Assembly (NCBI GenBank): GCA_964016885.1
Contig: OZ024742.1
Coordinates: 258,106,001-258,170,000, forward strand
Source: Eledone cirrhosa
Lineage: Eukaryota
Direction of reading: 5' to 3'
DNA length: 64,000 nucleotides
The notes under the pieces were generated by a model that saw nothing but the letters and a program-made list of their open reading frames with translations, was not told the origin of the DNA and searched no databases. The position numbers were made by a program, and so were the translations under genes. Shown piece after piece: positions 30,041 to 43,029 of the stretch (position 1 is the stretch's first letter; each line of letters begins with the position of its first letter).

Positions 30041-31002
30041 TAGCTGAGCTACCCGGTGATAGCCGGGTATTTTATGAAAGTTACAATATATTTGTCACAT
30101 ATTACAAAATATTTGACCATTCAAATATGATTGCTGAATTTTAACCAAAGTAGGAATTATAGCAGAATATTTATTGCCGTTTGGTCAAAGTAAATCATCT
30201 AGAAAAAAATATTATTTTTTTCCCGTGGTGATTTTTTTAATACTGCTCCCTATTACAGTCAGCATATATAATGCTTTACTCATAGACGAATCATTAGGTA
30301 TGTTGTCAGTGAAAAGGGCATGACCAAAAAAATACATTTAGATTTTTTTATGTATCCTTTTCTTTCTTTTTTATTTTTTTTGCTCAATCTGAACTTCTGA
30401 AATTCAAACAATATGTAAAGACTTTTTTTAAAAACATAAATAAAATAAGAAAACAAATCTACCATTGGTTTATGATTGAATGAAGCATTTTCTTATTCAT
30501 TTCTGTAATTCTGAGAAAGTGTATTTACATTTGTACACTGTAGCTATCACCAATATTTGCCTCTATGGCAGTAGGATCTTGTTGAGGGAGATTTGTTTTC
30601 TATTTCTATTAGCTATACCAACAGTTAGAGTGGCTCACATGACAGACATAGATACATACACACACATGTATGTGTGTAAGACAGTTGTTTGTGATTTGAA
30701 ATGGATTTTGCTAATATTTCTAGTAGATCGAGTTATCTCATAGAACCATTCCTTTTTGCTTCATACATATTTACATACCTGAGAAAGTAAGGTGGGATTT
30801 GAAGGAAATGTGGCTGCTATTTCTACCTAACAAAGTCCTCACTTATACTATTTTGTATAGCAGAGGTACCCGGTAATGCCTGCATATTCTTCCAAATAAA
30901 CACCATGCAGTAAATTTGCGGCTTCAGAATTCCTTGCAAACTACATGACTAAGGAATTAGGATATGTGTGTATTGTCATTGAATGAGGAATTACGACATT
31001 GC

Positions 31003-34000
31003 TCATTCCAAAGGCTCTGGATAAGCAACATTATTGGTTTTGCCCTGTGGTGCCACAATGAAGAGACAATCAGAGTTCCCAACCCTTGTTGTGGCGACAT
31101 AGAGTTGAGCATGTGAAAAGACAGAACCTGCCAGATTCAACCCAACGACTTTCAATGATTGCCCTTGAGATTTATTAATGGTCATGGCAAAACTGAGCCT
31201 GATCGGAAATTGAAGTCTTTGAAATTCAAATGGCAAATCAGTTGGCTTCAGAGGTATTCTGGGAATGAAACAATTGTCACCAGCAAATTTTCCTGACATG
31301 ATTGCAACTTCTAGAATATTGGACATCATATGTTTGATGATGCGTCTTGTGCCTTTACAAAGTTTTGGAGGATCCAGATTGCGAGGTAGCATAACCGATG
31401 CTTCAAGCTTCAGTATCAGGTTGTGTGGAGGAATTCCCGCTTGTTCAAGACTGTTCAAAAATTCAGTTGGATAGTTTACAACCTGGGCTTGTTAAGTGAT
31501 TGTGTCAACTGAATTGTAGCATATTTTCTCTCCCGGTAACATCTCCAGCAGCCTTCTGTTGATTTCTCTCAAAGCAACATTTTTAGGTGCTGAGCTAGCT
31601 CGTTCAATGAACCATTGCCTAGTCTGAATGTTTGGAAACACTCTGGCAATCAGTTCTTGTTCTGTGTCAATGATATGGCCAAATGACAACTGAATATAGT
31701 AATTGGAGTCCTTTTCAAGAAGTCCATTTCCAAATTTAAGTAGTTGGATGGCAAACTCACTGACACCTTCGTCACCAGTTAAGTGCACTCGCATGTTGGT
31801 TGTAAGACTCAGCAGCTGAAAGTGGGGCCAGAGATAGGATGTTTTCAGACAGGCATTGACCTGATCAGTCGATTCCCTCGAAGAATTACAGGGAGAGTTT
31901 GCTGAAATCACCAGCAAGAACCATTATGCAACTAATTTCTCTCAGATCCCTTATCGTCCGGTCCAAAGCTTCAATTGCTCCTTTATGGCTCATCGTAGCT
32001 TCATCCCAAATTATCATCTTGCATGTTTGCAGAACCTTGCCCTTGGGTGAGTTCTTCTTGATGTTGCAAAAAGATTGTTCATGCCGTGTGAGATCTATGG
32101 GCAGCTTAAACATGGAGTGTGCAGTTCTTCCTCCATCCAGAAGTGTTGCTGCAATGCCACTTGAAGCCACAGCAAGGGAAATATGTTGCTTTTGTCGACC
32201 TTTTGAGGCAGAAGGTTTATGAGGAATGTCTTGCCTGTGCCAGCAGGAGCATCGACGAAGAAAAGTCCTCCCCTGTCATTTTGAACGTTTTTGGTGATGT
32301 TGTGGTAGGCGTATTTCTGGTCATCCATCCATCGAGGTTCATTTTCAACCACAAACTTACGCAATGCTTGAATATCGTAGTTTCTCTCATGAAAAATATG
32401 TTGTGATACCTCCATTTCTTCATCTGGCTCTGGCATCCCGCAGTTAGCTAATGTGCTATTCATTGCCTGAACTCGATGGGACAGGTCACAGAGAGCTTGA
32501 TTGTAAATCCTGGGGGTATATTCCATATACATATTACCATGATGTCTTCGGGCTAGGTGTAGATAGTCATCCGACATATTGTTTTTGTACTCCTACCAGA
32601 GTAGATGAGCTTCATCAATTCCACATGCTGTGAGCATAATAGCAAATAATTGTCTTATTGACTGGCTACTTGAGTGATTGCTGCTTCTTCTAGGCACTTT
32701 TTCCAGTGTCCATTGCCATGCAGGATTCCATGCTATTTACTGCTTCTTGGTATGTTGCGCACTCACTTACTCTGAAGCATCTAGGATCCTCAAATGGCGT
32801 TGGTCCTCGAACAGAATGTAGAAGTAGCCGTAAATAAAAACATTATCTGTTGTTGGGATGGACATTTTAAACACGCCAATAGCATCACTTGACTTGACTT
32901 CATGACCTTCCACTAAATGACCCTGCTTTCTTCGATTCCAGGTCTCGCAATTTGTCCAGGTGTAGTATGTTGGGACTTCAGCATATAGGAGGGATCGAGC
33001 AAATTCATCATTCTGGCAGTGTTTAAAGAAAGCAGTTAGTGTAGTGTCATGTGATGCTTGTGCCAACTGATGAGCAGTGATCTCAGTGAAGTACACTCTC
33101 TGTTCATTTTCCAGATGGACTGCGAGGTTGACCACTGTTGGGTGGCGTTGGTGGATAACAAATCCAAAGATTCGCCAGATAGCTTCATTGCTGGAGATGT
33201 ATTGACCTGTTTGATATCATTTGACCTCAACCATCTCACCATCATTGAGTTCTTTGTCAGTAATAAAGGTAGCCATGTCCCTCCCCTTGTTGATATATTT
33301 TGTGACATATAGGATTGCCTTGACGGAGCTGCAATACTCAACATTGATATGAGCTTTTAAAGTTTAAACAACAATTTGTTTTGTGGGACGACCCACTGAT
33401 TGTTTATGGTAGCTCATCTCCTCGAACTGTTAGGCTTGTAGTATTGCCTCTATGTTCTGGTCTAAGCCTACGATAAATGGGGTATCCATTATTGTCAGTC
33501 AGAGTTTCCCGAATAAAAGCTCTAGGATAATGCTTGCTGCATTTTTTATCTTTCATGCAGGAAGAAGCTGGATTGATGACTCCACATGGAACATGAATGA
33601 GTTTGGACTTGATGGTTTCAATGAGCTCTGGATCACCACCTTTATCAGGCAACTCTGCTGAAATGATCTTATGAACATCATCTGGTCTTATCTTCCCCTT
33701 GCACCAGATTAGTGTGTGAGACTGAGGAAGATCTATCTTCTGCCACTCAATAGTGGTCATCCAAGCACTAAGCTCACCAAAGATTCTTCCTTCTTTTCGG
33801 AGCCAGATGAGTTTTTTTTTGCTTTTCATGGAAAACCCGAGCAATTAGATCATGTCGATCCTTTGATTTTTGATTTTGAAATAATTCATTTGATATTTCT
33901 GAACATTTTGAATTGCATGTAAATGTAAGGAAGAGATTTGGCCGACCAAATTTTCTGACATAGGCCATTGCATTTTGCGTACGTTCATGCATGTAACGTG

Positions 34001-35396
34001 GTCCCCCGTGAAGCTTCGTGGTAGTATGACTGGTTAGTCAATATTTCTTGGGTCAACATCAGAATTGATGGCATCTCTAAGGTGGATGTAGTTATATGCC
34101 CTCAACTTAGTTTGATTCCTTCGCAGAAAACCCAATCTTTCTGTTTCAATTTTAGCATACATATCCACCATGAACTGGCTGGTTACTTCTTTGAATCGCA
34201 GAACTTGGTTGAACTGGTCACGTACCATGAAATGATAAGTATAGAATTATTTTCAGCTGATTGATCGCCTAGTTTCTTGTCCCGTTCCTGGGCTGATATG
34301 CCGTAGCTGAAAATGATATCCATCTCGACCATTTCAAAAGATGAGTGGATATTGGAGTGAATCATAGACTCTATGATTTTCACAAATTCGCTCCACATGT
34401 CCACTTCGCTTTTTGAAAAAACATGTCACGTCGTTTATGATCTTCATCAACTATTATGATTACAACTTCATCAGTGACTGGTGCATTGAATCTGCGTTCA
34501 TTTTCTGAAGTTGGGCGTTTGTCTGCCTTAATGATGATTTTACGATCTCTTGTGTTGTTCATATGCCCCAGTGCGTATTTAAATACACTGACGTACATGT
34601 GATGTTGGTGAAGCATTTCTTGTAACTTTATGACTATGTAGAACTGGAATCCACAATGGACATTGGAACATCTTTGTCGTGCCTGTGTTTCATTTCCACC
34701 CATGAAGTAAACCTGCACAAATTTGTGAGCCTCCTGTGAAAGTGGCAGAAGGCCAACCATTAAGTGGTAACACTGTCCTTGAATTGTATAAGTCGTACAG
34801 AATCTAAAGTCAGTGACATTCCTGTCAGCCACAAAAGATGTCATTTGAAAGGCAGAATTATATTTTATGATGTATTTATTGAAGTGTCGTGCTTCTGGTG
34901 TATGGTGAAGGAGCAGATTCTTCGGAAATTAAGGAGGTACTTGGATTGTTTTAAGGCTCACTTTGCCTTTTGAGCAGCATAAACTTGGTGTTTCTGCTGC
35001 CCACTTCTTGGCACCACAATACGGGCAGCATATGTTCATTTTCCCAATGTTGATTTGTGGATTACTGCTGTAGTCCTTTTGGGGGTCATAAGAAAAAGCA
35101 CCCAGCAGCCAGTTCATTTTACTTGTGGCTAGTTCTCCTGTCCAGGCAGTAGAACGATGTGCTTAATTAACATTTCGTCTGATTTGCTGCTGTTCCTTAA
35201 TTTGTTGTTCTCGTGTAGCAACAGTCCTCTGTTCCCTCTCATCCAAACGGTGTGCACGTGCTAAAGTTGTTTGGGCTCTGTTAGCAGCTAGACGGGCATG
35301 CCGAACTTCTTCACTTTCTGCAGATCGCTGTGTTTTCTTTCTCTTAGCCTCTCAAGATGACCCTCCATATAATGATCTGGAACGTTTTCTAGGCAT
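31003..35396 (-). pseudogene. Helitron Rep/PIF1-type helicase ORF, fragmented
   Basis: CPYCGA..CCSKG, FLTFTCN (Rep motif 1), IEWQKIDLPQSHTLIW (decayed HUH motif 2), DAPAGTGKTF, IIWDEATM, FAMTINKSQGQSL, FSHAQLYVA; many stops and frameshifts. Confidence 0.93.
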
Positions 35397-35412
35397 TTGA
35401 AGTGATATCATT

Positions 35413-35590
35413 ACTGAATTCAAATCCCACTGAGGTTAACTTTGCCTTTCATCCTTACGGGGTCGATAAAATAAAGTACCAGTAATGTAGTGGGTAATTG
35501 CTGGCATTGTGCCAAAAGTAGAAACAATTATTACACACCACACGATAAAATAAAGTACCAGTAATGCACTGGAATAATTGCTGGCCTTTG
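35413..35590 (+). mobile_element. 5'-truncated SINE with duplicated tail, inserted in the Helitron 5' region
   Basis: GAATTCAAATCCCACTGAGGTTAACTTTGCCTTTCATCCTTACGGGGTCGATAAAATAAAGTACCAG; CGATAAAATAAAGTACCAGTAATG repeated at ~35543. Confidence 0.8.
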
Positions 35591-36372
35591 TTTCTTGTCT
35601 GTTAAATACAAACATATATTCAACTTCTATAAAAGCATGTGATTTCTTTAGACATATGTAGAATATAAGCTTTGATGGTAACATACATCGTCTGCTAAAG
35701 ACCCCTCCCCCCATAACACACACATATGTGGACACACGTTAGGTAAAGAACCCCTCCAATCGCCCTCCATCTCTCCTACCTCTTTACCTTTTTCTCTCTC
35801 TCCCATCTTTTCTTTTATCTTATTGTCTTTCTCTCCCCATCCGCATTACACCCTTTCTCCTTCTATCTCTCTGTCATCTTCTACAGAATAGCAAACAAAA
35901 AATAAATAAAAGATAAATAACATTGGGAGAGTTAAGAAGTGTGTAAAAATAATAAATAAATAAAAGTTAAGGACGTTGGTTACTTTCCCTCTCTCTCTTT
36001 CATTGTCTTTCTCTCTCGTCCCCTTACTCTCTTTCTTTCTCTCTCACATCCCACTCACTCTCTCTCTCCCACTCACTCTCTCTAATCGCCTTACTCTCTC
36101 TTCCATCTTCCACTCTCTCCCATCCCTCTCTCTCCCATCCCTCTCTCTCTTATCTACAGACTGGAGAACAAAAAAAAACAAAATGGATGATCTCTTTTGA
36201 TATCCATTAGAAAATAAGATAAATTGAATTTAAATGACTTCCTTGCTTTGCAAAGTAAGACTTTTTCAACCGTTACCTGTCCGAGTGTATAGTGAATATG
36301 TACATGTAATTTTGAGGAGTTTGGTCCGGTAGTTTGCTAGTTTTAGGCGGACACACAGAATCGTAAACTTGC

Positions 36373-36425
<53 letters not shown>

Positions 36426-36445
36426 TATATTATATATATTATATA

Positions 36446-36584
<139 letters not shown>

Positions 36585-36669
36585 GTACATATGTTTATAC
36601 ATGACATACATAACTGTTTAAACACACAAGTCTGCAAACACATACATGCATGCGCAAATCCACACAAGT

Positions 36670-37085
36670 GTTGAATATGGAAAATGGTTCAAGGTAAAAG
36701 TAAATGAAGAAATGGATAAATTAGGTGTAATATGAAATAAAAGTGTTGGGATTATGTGATAAAGGTCCATGGTGGTAAAAATAATGAAGTCAATAAGTGA
36801 ATAATATGAGTGTAAAATAAAATAAAATAGAATAAAATAAGTGTTGAATATGTAAAAAGGGTGTTTAAAATAAGAGAGAATGCTCGTGGTAAAGTAAGAG
36901 AGATTGTTCAAGGTAAGAGGAAGAGAGAACAAGAAATGAATAAAATAAGTATAATATAAAATAAGGGTTTGATATAAGTGCTGAATGTGTAATGAAGGTC
37001 CGTGGTTTTAAAATAAGATAGAGTGTTCAAGGTGCAATATAAAATAAGTGTTGAATGTGTGAAAATAAGTGAGTGTTCAAGGTGG
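36670..37085. repeat. Degenerate AT-rich minisatellite (AAAATAAGTGTTGAATGTGT-like units)
   Basis: Recurrent ATAAGTG.TGAAT.TGT and GTTCAAGGT words. Confidence 0.55.
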
Positions 37086-37488
37086 ATAAATGTCCAAAAT
37101 GGTGCTTTGATGCCGAGAAAGGAGATGAGTTCTTATATGTGGGGACATTTTAAATATCTCAGAATTAAAGTTAAGACAGGTGTAGGGAGATTTCAAATTT
37201 TTTAGAAGTCTATATTTTCTGTTACACACAAGATACACGTTCTTGTGCCTTCGACATATTATTTTGATTGGTCTAAAATAGACCAGTCAATTTCATATGG
37301 GATCCCAAGCTCTTTCATCTCGCAGACTCTATTTACCAGCGCCGTAGTTTTCTTTTATCCTGATGTGTATGTCTCTATATGTATTCATGTGTGTGTGTAT
37401 GTGTGTGTGTGTGTGTAGTATGTCCGTGTGTATGTGTATATTTGTGTATGTGTATATTTGTGTAAATATATATATATATATATATATA

Positions 37489-37519
<31 letters not shown>

Positions 37520-37656
37520 TTTTGAAAAAAATAAGACTCCAGTTGCATTTTCGATTTCATCTCTTTTTCTTTATACTTTCGCTCGTGTAGGACACCTCGG
37601 TTATTTTTCATTTTGTAAAAAAACCCTCACTTTCTAATATATATATATATATATAT

Positions 37657-38116
37657 GCAAAAGTTCTATTTAAAATTGTTGGGATACAACAAGTAAATAT
37701 TTTATAACTGATATAAAGCACTCGACAAGTTTTTGGAGTAGATATACGATATTAAATAAATGGAAACTATATTTATAAAACCATATTTATTTCATTATAC
37801 ATATTTCAGGGATACCAAATTAAAATATGGTATGCCTTCATCAGACAAAATACAATACTATATATAAACAGTTTTATAAATAATTTTGACGTACCCTATT
37901 AAATGCAACCATTATTTTTGGAAGCTGTCTGTATCCAGACAGCTTCCAAAAATAATGGTTGCATTTAATAGGGTACGTCAAAATTATTTATAAAACTGTT
38001 TATATATTGTATTTTGTCTGATGAAGGCATACCATATTTTAATTTGGTATCCCTGAAATATGTATAATGAAATAAATATGGTTTTATAAATATAGTTTCC
38101 ATTTATTTAATATCGT

Positions 38117-38120
<4 letters not shown>
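37657..38120. mobile_element. Fold-back element family A, copy 2, both hammerheads intact (37788-37852 - and 38010-38074 +)
   Basis: Arms 37742-37931 and 37936-38120 around loop TATC; CTGATGA at 38018, GAAA at 38055; flanked by (TA)n. Confidence 0.88.
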
Positions 38121-38149
<29 letters not shown>

Positions 38150-38154
38150 AACAT

Positions 38155-38187
<33 letters not shown>

Positions 38188-38192
38188 AACAT

Positions 38193-38225
<33 letters not shown>

Positions 38226-38681
38226 GGAACGACCGCGAGCATGTTTGTTCTGGCGCGTGTGTGTGTATATAGATATAAGCTGGTTTCTAAATTTCATTCT
38301 GGTCTTTGCACTAAAGAAATATGATTTTGCCCGTTAGAAAACAAAATAAAATAAGAATCTTAAAATATTAAGACATTTCTACCAGAAAAATGAAAATGAC
38401 ATGCTATGTGGATGATACAATAATGCTATATTTATAGCACACAGTAGGATGATCGCATTCCGAATCAAAATCTAAGACAAGAAGACATTAGTTTTCATGT
38501 CTGAATATGAACAGTATTTGGCCGTTGGACAGAGTTTGCGAAAAATCTGCGTGACGTATTTGGTTTCCTGCAAAAAGGATATCGGTTTCATATTGAGATC
38601 AACCTCAAATATCTAAAAAATATTCCCAAGCAAGAACACAAAGACACAGACACACTGACATGTTCATGAATATATATCTAT

Positions 38682-38803
38682 ATGAAAAGAATCGGGACCC
38701 CGACGGCTGAGCTCCGGCTCTTTCTACAGCTTGATGCAAACGGGTTTTGATCTAGTTGTTGAAACGGCAGGAGCTCATCTATAGAGAGCCCGAATTTTTT
38801 CAT
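38682..38803. mobile_element. Diverged family B-related fold-back
   Basis: ATGAAAAGAATCGGG..GAGCTCC...GGAGCTC..CCCGAATTTTTTCAT imperfect palindrome containing GACCCCGACGGCTGAGCTC. Confidence 0.6.
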
Positions 38804-39063
38804 ATATTTTTTCATAAAGGTAGATTCAATGAGTTGCTAATACATTCATATGAGGCAAAAAGTTATTCAAAGCTCGAATGTTATTTTATCGTCTAGAGCA
38901 TGATTGAGAAAAGACAGTTCGGAGGTTAATCCAATTGGTAACTTTGCAGTCATAATAGATTTACAGCACAAATGAGCAGATATAAAAGAATAAAACATTA
39001 ATTACATTAAGTCAGTTTTTTTATGTGAATATGGCAAAAACCGGCCATTAATTGGTCGTAGTG

Positions 39064-39642
39064 TCTGCAGTTCTGTTTAGATGCCAACACAAGAGCAAGA
39101 ATGAGGGGTTCATTCTACTGACATGTCTTAAAAAAAGAGGCTGTTTGTATTATTAGAAACACATCGATTATTATTATTAATTTTCGAAAAACTCAAATTA
39201 CATTTATTGTATTCAGACATGTAGAGCGATATTTCTTTTTAAATTTATTTCAATATTTACAATATGGCAAAGCCGCCCATTAATCGCTCGTAAACATGAA
39301 ACTGACTGGCCTGTCTGCTGATATGCAAATCTGGCTGATCAGTGGATCTGCTAATATGCAAAGCTGACTGATCAGTCAGTTTGCTAATATGCAAATCAGG
39401 CTGATCAGTCAATGTATATTTTAGAAAATATCACATATTTTCACTAGCTCTGACATTTGGTAGGTGAACAGTAAACTGCACTAATGAAGGGTAATAACCA
39501 GTAACATTAGTTTCTGCAGTTCTATTTACATGCTAACACAAGAGCAAGAATGGGCTCATTCAACTGACATGGCTTTAAAAAAACAGGCTGTTTGCATAAT
39601 TGCAAGCGAATCAAATATTATTATTAATATTCCAAAAACTCA
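39064..39642 (+). repeat. ~130-bp direct repeat (period 449) enclosing three 33-bp tandem units (39302-39411)
   Basis: TCTGCAGTTCT..AACACAAGAGCAAGAATG at 39064 and 39513; CTGATCAGT..TGCTAATATGCAAA units. Confidence 0.75.
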
Positions 39643-39648
39643 CGTAGC

Positions 39649-39690
<42 letters not shown>

Positions 39691-39834
39691 TTGTTTTGCA
39701 AAGTTTTTGGTATGAAATCGTGTGTTGAAACAAATATTGTTATACTTGTGGAGGGTCATATTGTTATAATATTCCCAGAAATAATAACATAACACACTCA
39801 CTGTTTGGTTGGTTTTCGCTTCTATATCTTTTAT

Positions 39835-41588
39835 TAGGGGGGGGGGGGGGGGTAATTTACAAATCTGCAGACTCAATTTCCGGGGCCCCTTTAAAATATG
39901 TAGTGACCTATACCATTCACTGAAATCATACTAAAATTTTTCCCGAGGGCTAGAACAGAACCCCCTGTGCATACCCCCGGAAGGTGAGGATGGTCGAAAA
40001 GAAGAAAAAGTCCGCTATCATTGCACCTATACTCGATATTTTTTAATCACAAGGGGTGTTTTTGAGGTGGATAAAGTCATTGATGGTATTGTTTTTGCTT
40101 TACGACCAAAATGCCGGAAATCCGGGATGCCGGTTATGGGAAACTGTTATTGAACCAACTATATTGACTAATATATCATTTTTCATGAATGGCATATTTT
40201 AAACGCATTTCCGAAGACAAAATGAGCTTAACTCTAGTCTATGGCTTGAAAAAATTATTATGCATGATTCATTGGTACATTATCATTGCTTTATTTAAAT
40301 TATAATTGTTCAACAAGTGATCTAAAGCATCTTTAAAGTCCTGAACAGTAGCATCCGTTTTGCAGCTGACTTTCTCCAGATGAACCCTCAGATTTCGCAC
40401 GTAAGTATCCACATCTAGTTTCCGATAATTCCTTTTCAGTTTGAAAATGTCGCTGGTTTTTGGTATCGATAGCGAAGTGTCCCTAGCATATCTAATTTCT
40501 AAATACAACCTTTCTATTTTATCTGTTTCCGAAGTTGTATCACTCTCCATATATGTATCTATCTCCTCCTTTTTAGTGAAAGGACCACCTACAGATTTTA
40601 GATAATCAAGGTCCTTGTTTCGTCGCTTGTCGGTGGCGATATTGGCATTTTCTTTGGTTGCGAAGCCTTGGCGTGTCAACTCCTCCTGTCTTACAGCCCA
40701 TGCTTTTATAATTTCAGGTATTTGGCCGCCTGTTCTAACCAACTTCCTGTATTTGACGAAAGACCACGACTCATTTTAGATCAGATCTTTAGCCTTCATC
40801 TTTACTTGAGATGAAGAAGCGGCGGCCAATTTTTTCACGCCTCGGCGAGTCAATTCGCAATTAAAAAAGCCCACGCATCTTTCTGAATCGAGGTTGTGAA
40901 TAGGCGGTTTTTCAAGTTTCGCAGTGTCCATCTTTGATAAGGCGTATGTAGAATTGCGAGCTTCTCCAAATCCGAATATGTCACCTTTTTGCTTCTGGAA
41001 GCCGTCACCCAACTTCGGTAAGAGCACCTTTATGACGTTGAGTACATCATCTCTCAACTCGCAGGTCGCCGCATTTATTGCATCGCACATTTCGTCATCA
41101 TATCGCATCTGTCTGAAACGTTCTTCTGATACGAAACTCAAAGCTGGTTGGTCGGTAGATAATAATTTGCTGGGATCAATATGTATCAAATCGTCGTAGC
41201 TCTTATTGAATGCTATCGCCAGTTTGGGATAGTCCGTCGCTTGTGCAGTTGTGAGTGATAAGAATGGCTCTACCAAATGCAATCCGATGATAGCTCCACT
41301 GCAGAACAGCCCCCGGAAGAAATCCATATTCATAAAACAGTGCACTATGTACGCCAACTGGTTAGTTACATGCTCGAATTTCTGAACGCATGCGGCTACA
41401 TCGTCTAGGTGATACAGCGTAACTGCACATCTTATGGTAAGCCGATTTAACCGTTCATCTTTCAATGAAACGGACTTGTTTTAGCGTGGATGTATAAACG
41501 AGTCAATGTCATTCGCCTTGTTCCAATTTTTGGAGTCGAAATCATGGCATATCAATCTTGTTATACAGTCAAGGGCTTGCTCTGTGAC
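39835..41588 (-). mobile_element. 3' half of a hAT-type (hATw/hATm-like) DNA transposon with terminal repeat 39835-40108
   Basis: ORF pieces 40269-41588 include PIHNLDSERCVG (putative catalytic E); terminus TAGGGG.. is homologous to 43030-43303; 54 bp overlap with the end of the 5' half. Confidence 0.7.
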
Positions 41589-42096
41589 GCGTTTGTCTGC
41601 CTTAATGATCATTTTACGATCCCTTGTGTTGTTCATATGCTCCAGTGCATATTTAAATACACTGACGTACATGTGATATTGGTGAAGCATTTTTTGTAAC
41701 TTCATGACTATGTAGAACTGCAATCCACCATCGACATTGGTACATCTTTGTTGTGCCTGTGTTTCATTTCCACCCTTGAGGTAAACCTGCACAAATTTGT
41801 GAGGCTGCTGTGAAAGTGGCAGAAGGCCACCCATTACGTGGTAACACTGTACCTGAATGTTATAAGTCGTACAGAATCTAAAATCAGTGACATTCCTGTC
41901 AGCCACAAAATATGTCATTTGAAAGGCAGAATTATATATTATAATGTATTTATTGAAGTGTCGTGCTTCTGGTGTATGCTGAGGCAGCAGATTCATCGGC
42001 AATTCAGGAGGTTCTTGTATTGTTTTAAGGCTCACTTTGCCTTTTGAGCAGCATAAACTTGGTGTTTCTGCTGCCCACTTCTTAGCACCACAATAC
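41589..42096 (-). mobile_element. Internal Helitron fragment (copy of 34515-35022)
   Basis: Colinear and highly similar: YCGAKKWAAETPSLCCSKGKVSLKTIQ...IIKADKR. Confidence 0.9.
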
Positions 42097-42940
42097 CAGA
42101 GTGTCATATTTGTAGATGCTACCCCTGGAGGGGAATTAGCTAACCAATGTAGAAAGGCTCTAAGAAAGACCCATTTAAAGATCAGAGTGGTAGAAAAGCC
42201 AGGAACTACCTCTTTAAGAAAACCCACTGTACAAATTAGAAATGTGCTATATGTAAAATGAACCTCCAGATATACTGTAAAACTAGAAATGTAGTCTATA
42301 GTATAAGATGGACAGAGGGTACTTACAGAAACATGACAACGACATACATAGGTTAGACAGCTCGAAGCTTAGGAGAAATAATAGACCAACACCGGTGGGA
42401 ACTAAAATGACAAAAAACGGTTCAGTACTTTACGAACACGCCAGACAAAGACATGACGGTAATATAGGAAACATAGAAATAAAAAAAAAACATCTAATCA
42501 TAGAAATGACTCAACCGGTTTTGGCAGATCAGATAAGTAACTGAGATAAAACTAAGACCGAAGTTGAACAGAAAGAACGAATGGAATAGCAAGAACAACC
42601 ATACCCAAACAAGCAATTCTGACTTAAGGAAAATATAAATAAATAAATATATAAATGTATATATATATACACAAATATAATAACAACAAACGCATATAAA
42701 CACACACTAGTGAACACAGATAGAATACAAAAACAAAAATACATGCACTCAAACGCGAACACACGCACCAATCATTATACACACAAGCAAACGCATGGGC
42801 AGAGACAGAGGCAAGAATAAATAAATAAATAAATAAAAATAAAAATGGCGTAGACATTACAGTACAATACAATGGGTTGAAATATAATAGTACCACTGAT
42901 TATGTTGCAGATGTGCGATGAGAGAACTTTGATACACTAT
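42097..42940 (+). mobile_element. Neptune-like Penelope 3' fragment (thumb, GIY-YIG, 3' UTR)
   Basis: SVIFVDATPGGELAN..IRVVEKPG, CKTRNVVYSI..TYIG*TARSLGE, RPKLNRKNEW; decayed hammerhead-like CTGATTA..TGTTGCA/TGCGAT..GAGA near 42896. Confidence 0.7.
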
Positions 42941-43029
42941 ATATATATTTTTATATCTGTATTTTTAACCGCTGGTCAATCAATGAGAAACATTGATTAC
43001 CAAATAAATTAACTATGGAGATATAAAAG

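Larger units (their letters stand above)
30040..36376 (-). mobile_element. Helitron (formerly autonomous, decayed)
   Basis: 3' end on minus strand is hairpin TACCCGGCTATCACCGGGTA (30050-30069) followed by CTAG|T at 30040-30043; RepHel coding region inside; 5' region runs into (TA)n and matches 45410-46346. Confidence 0.92.
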
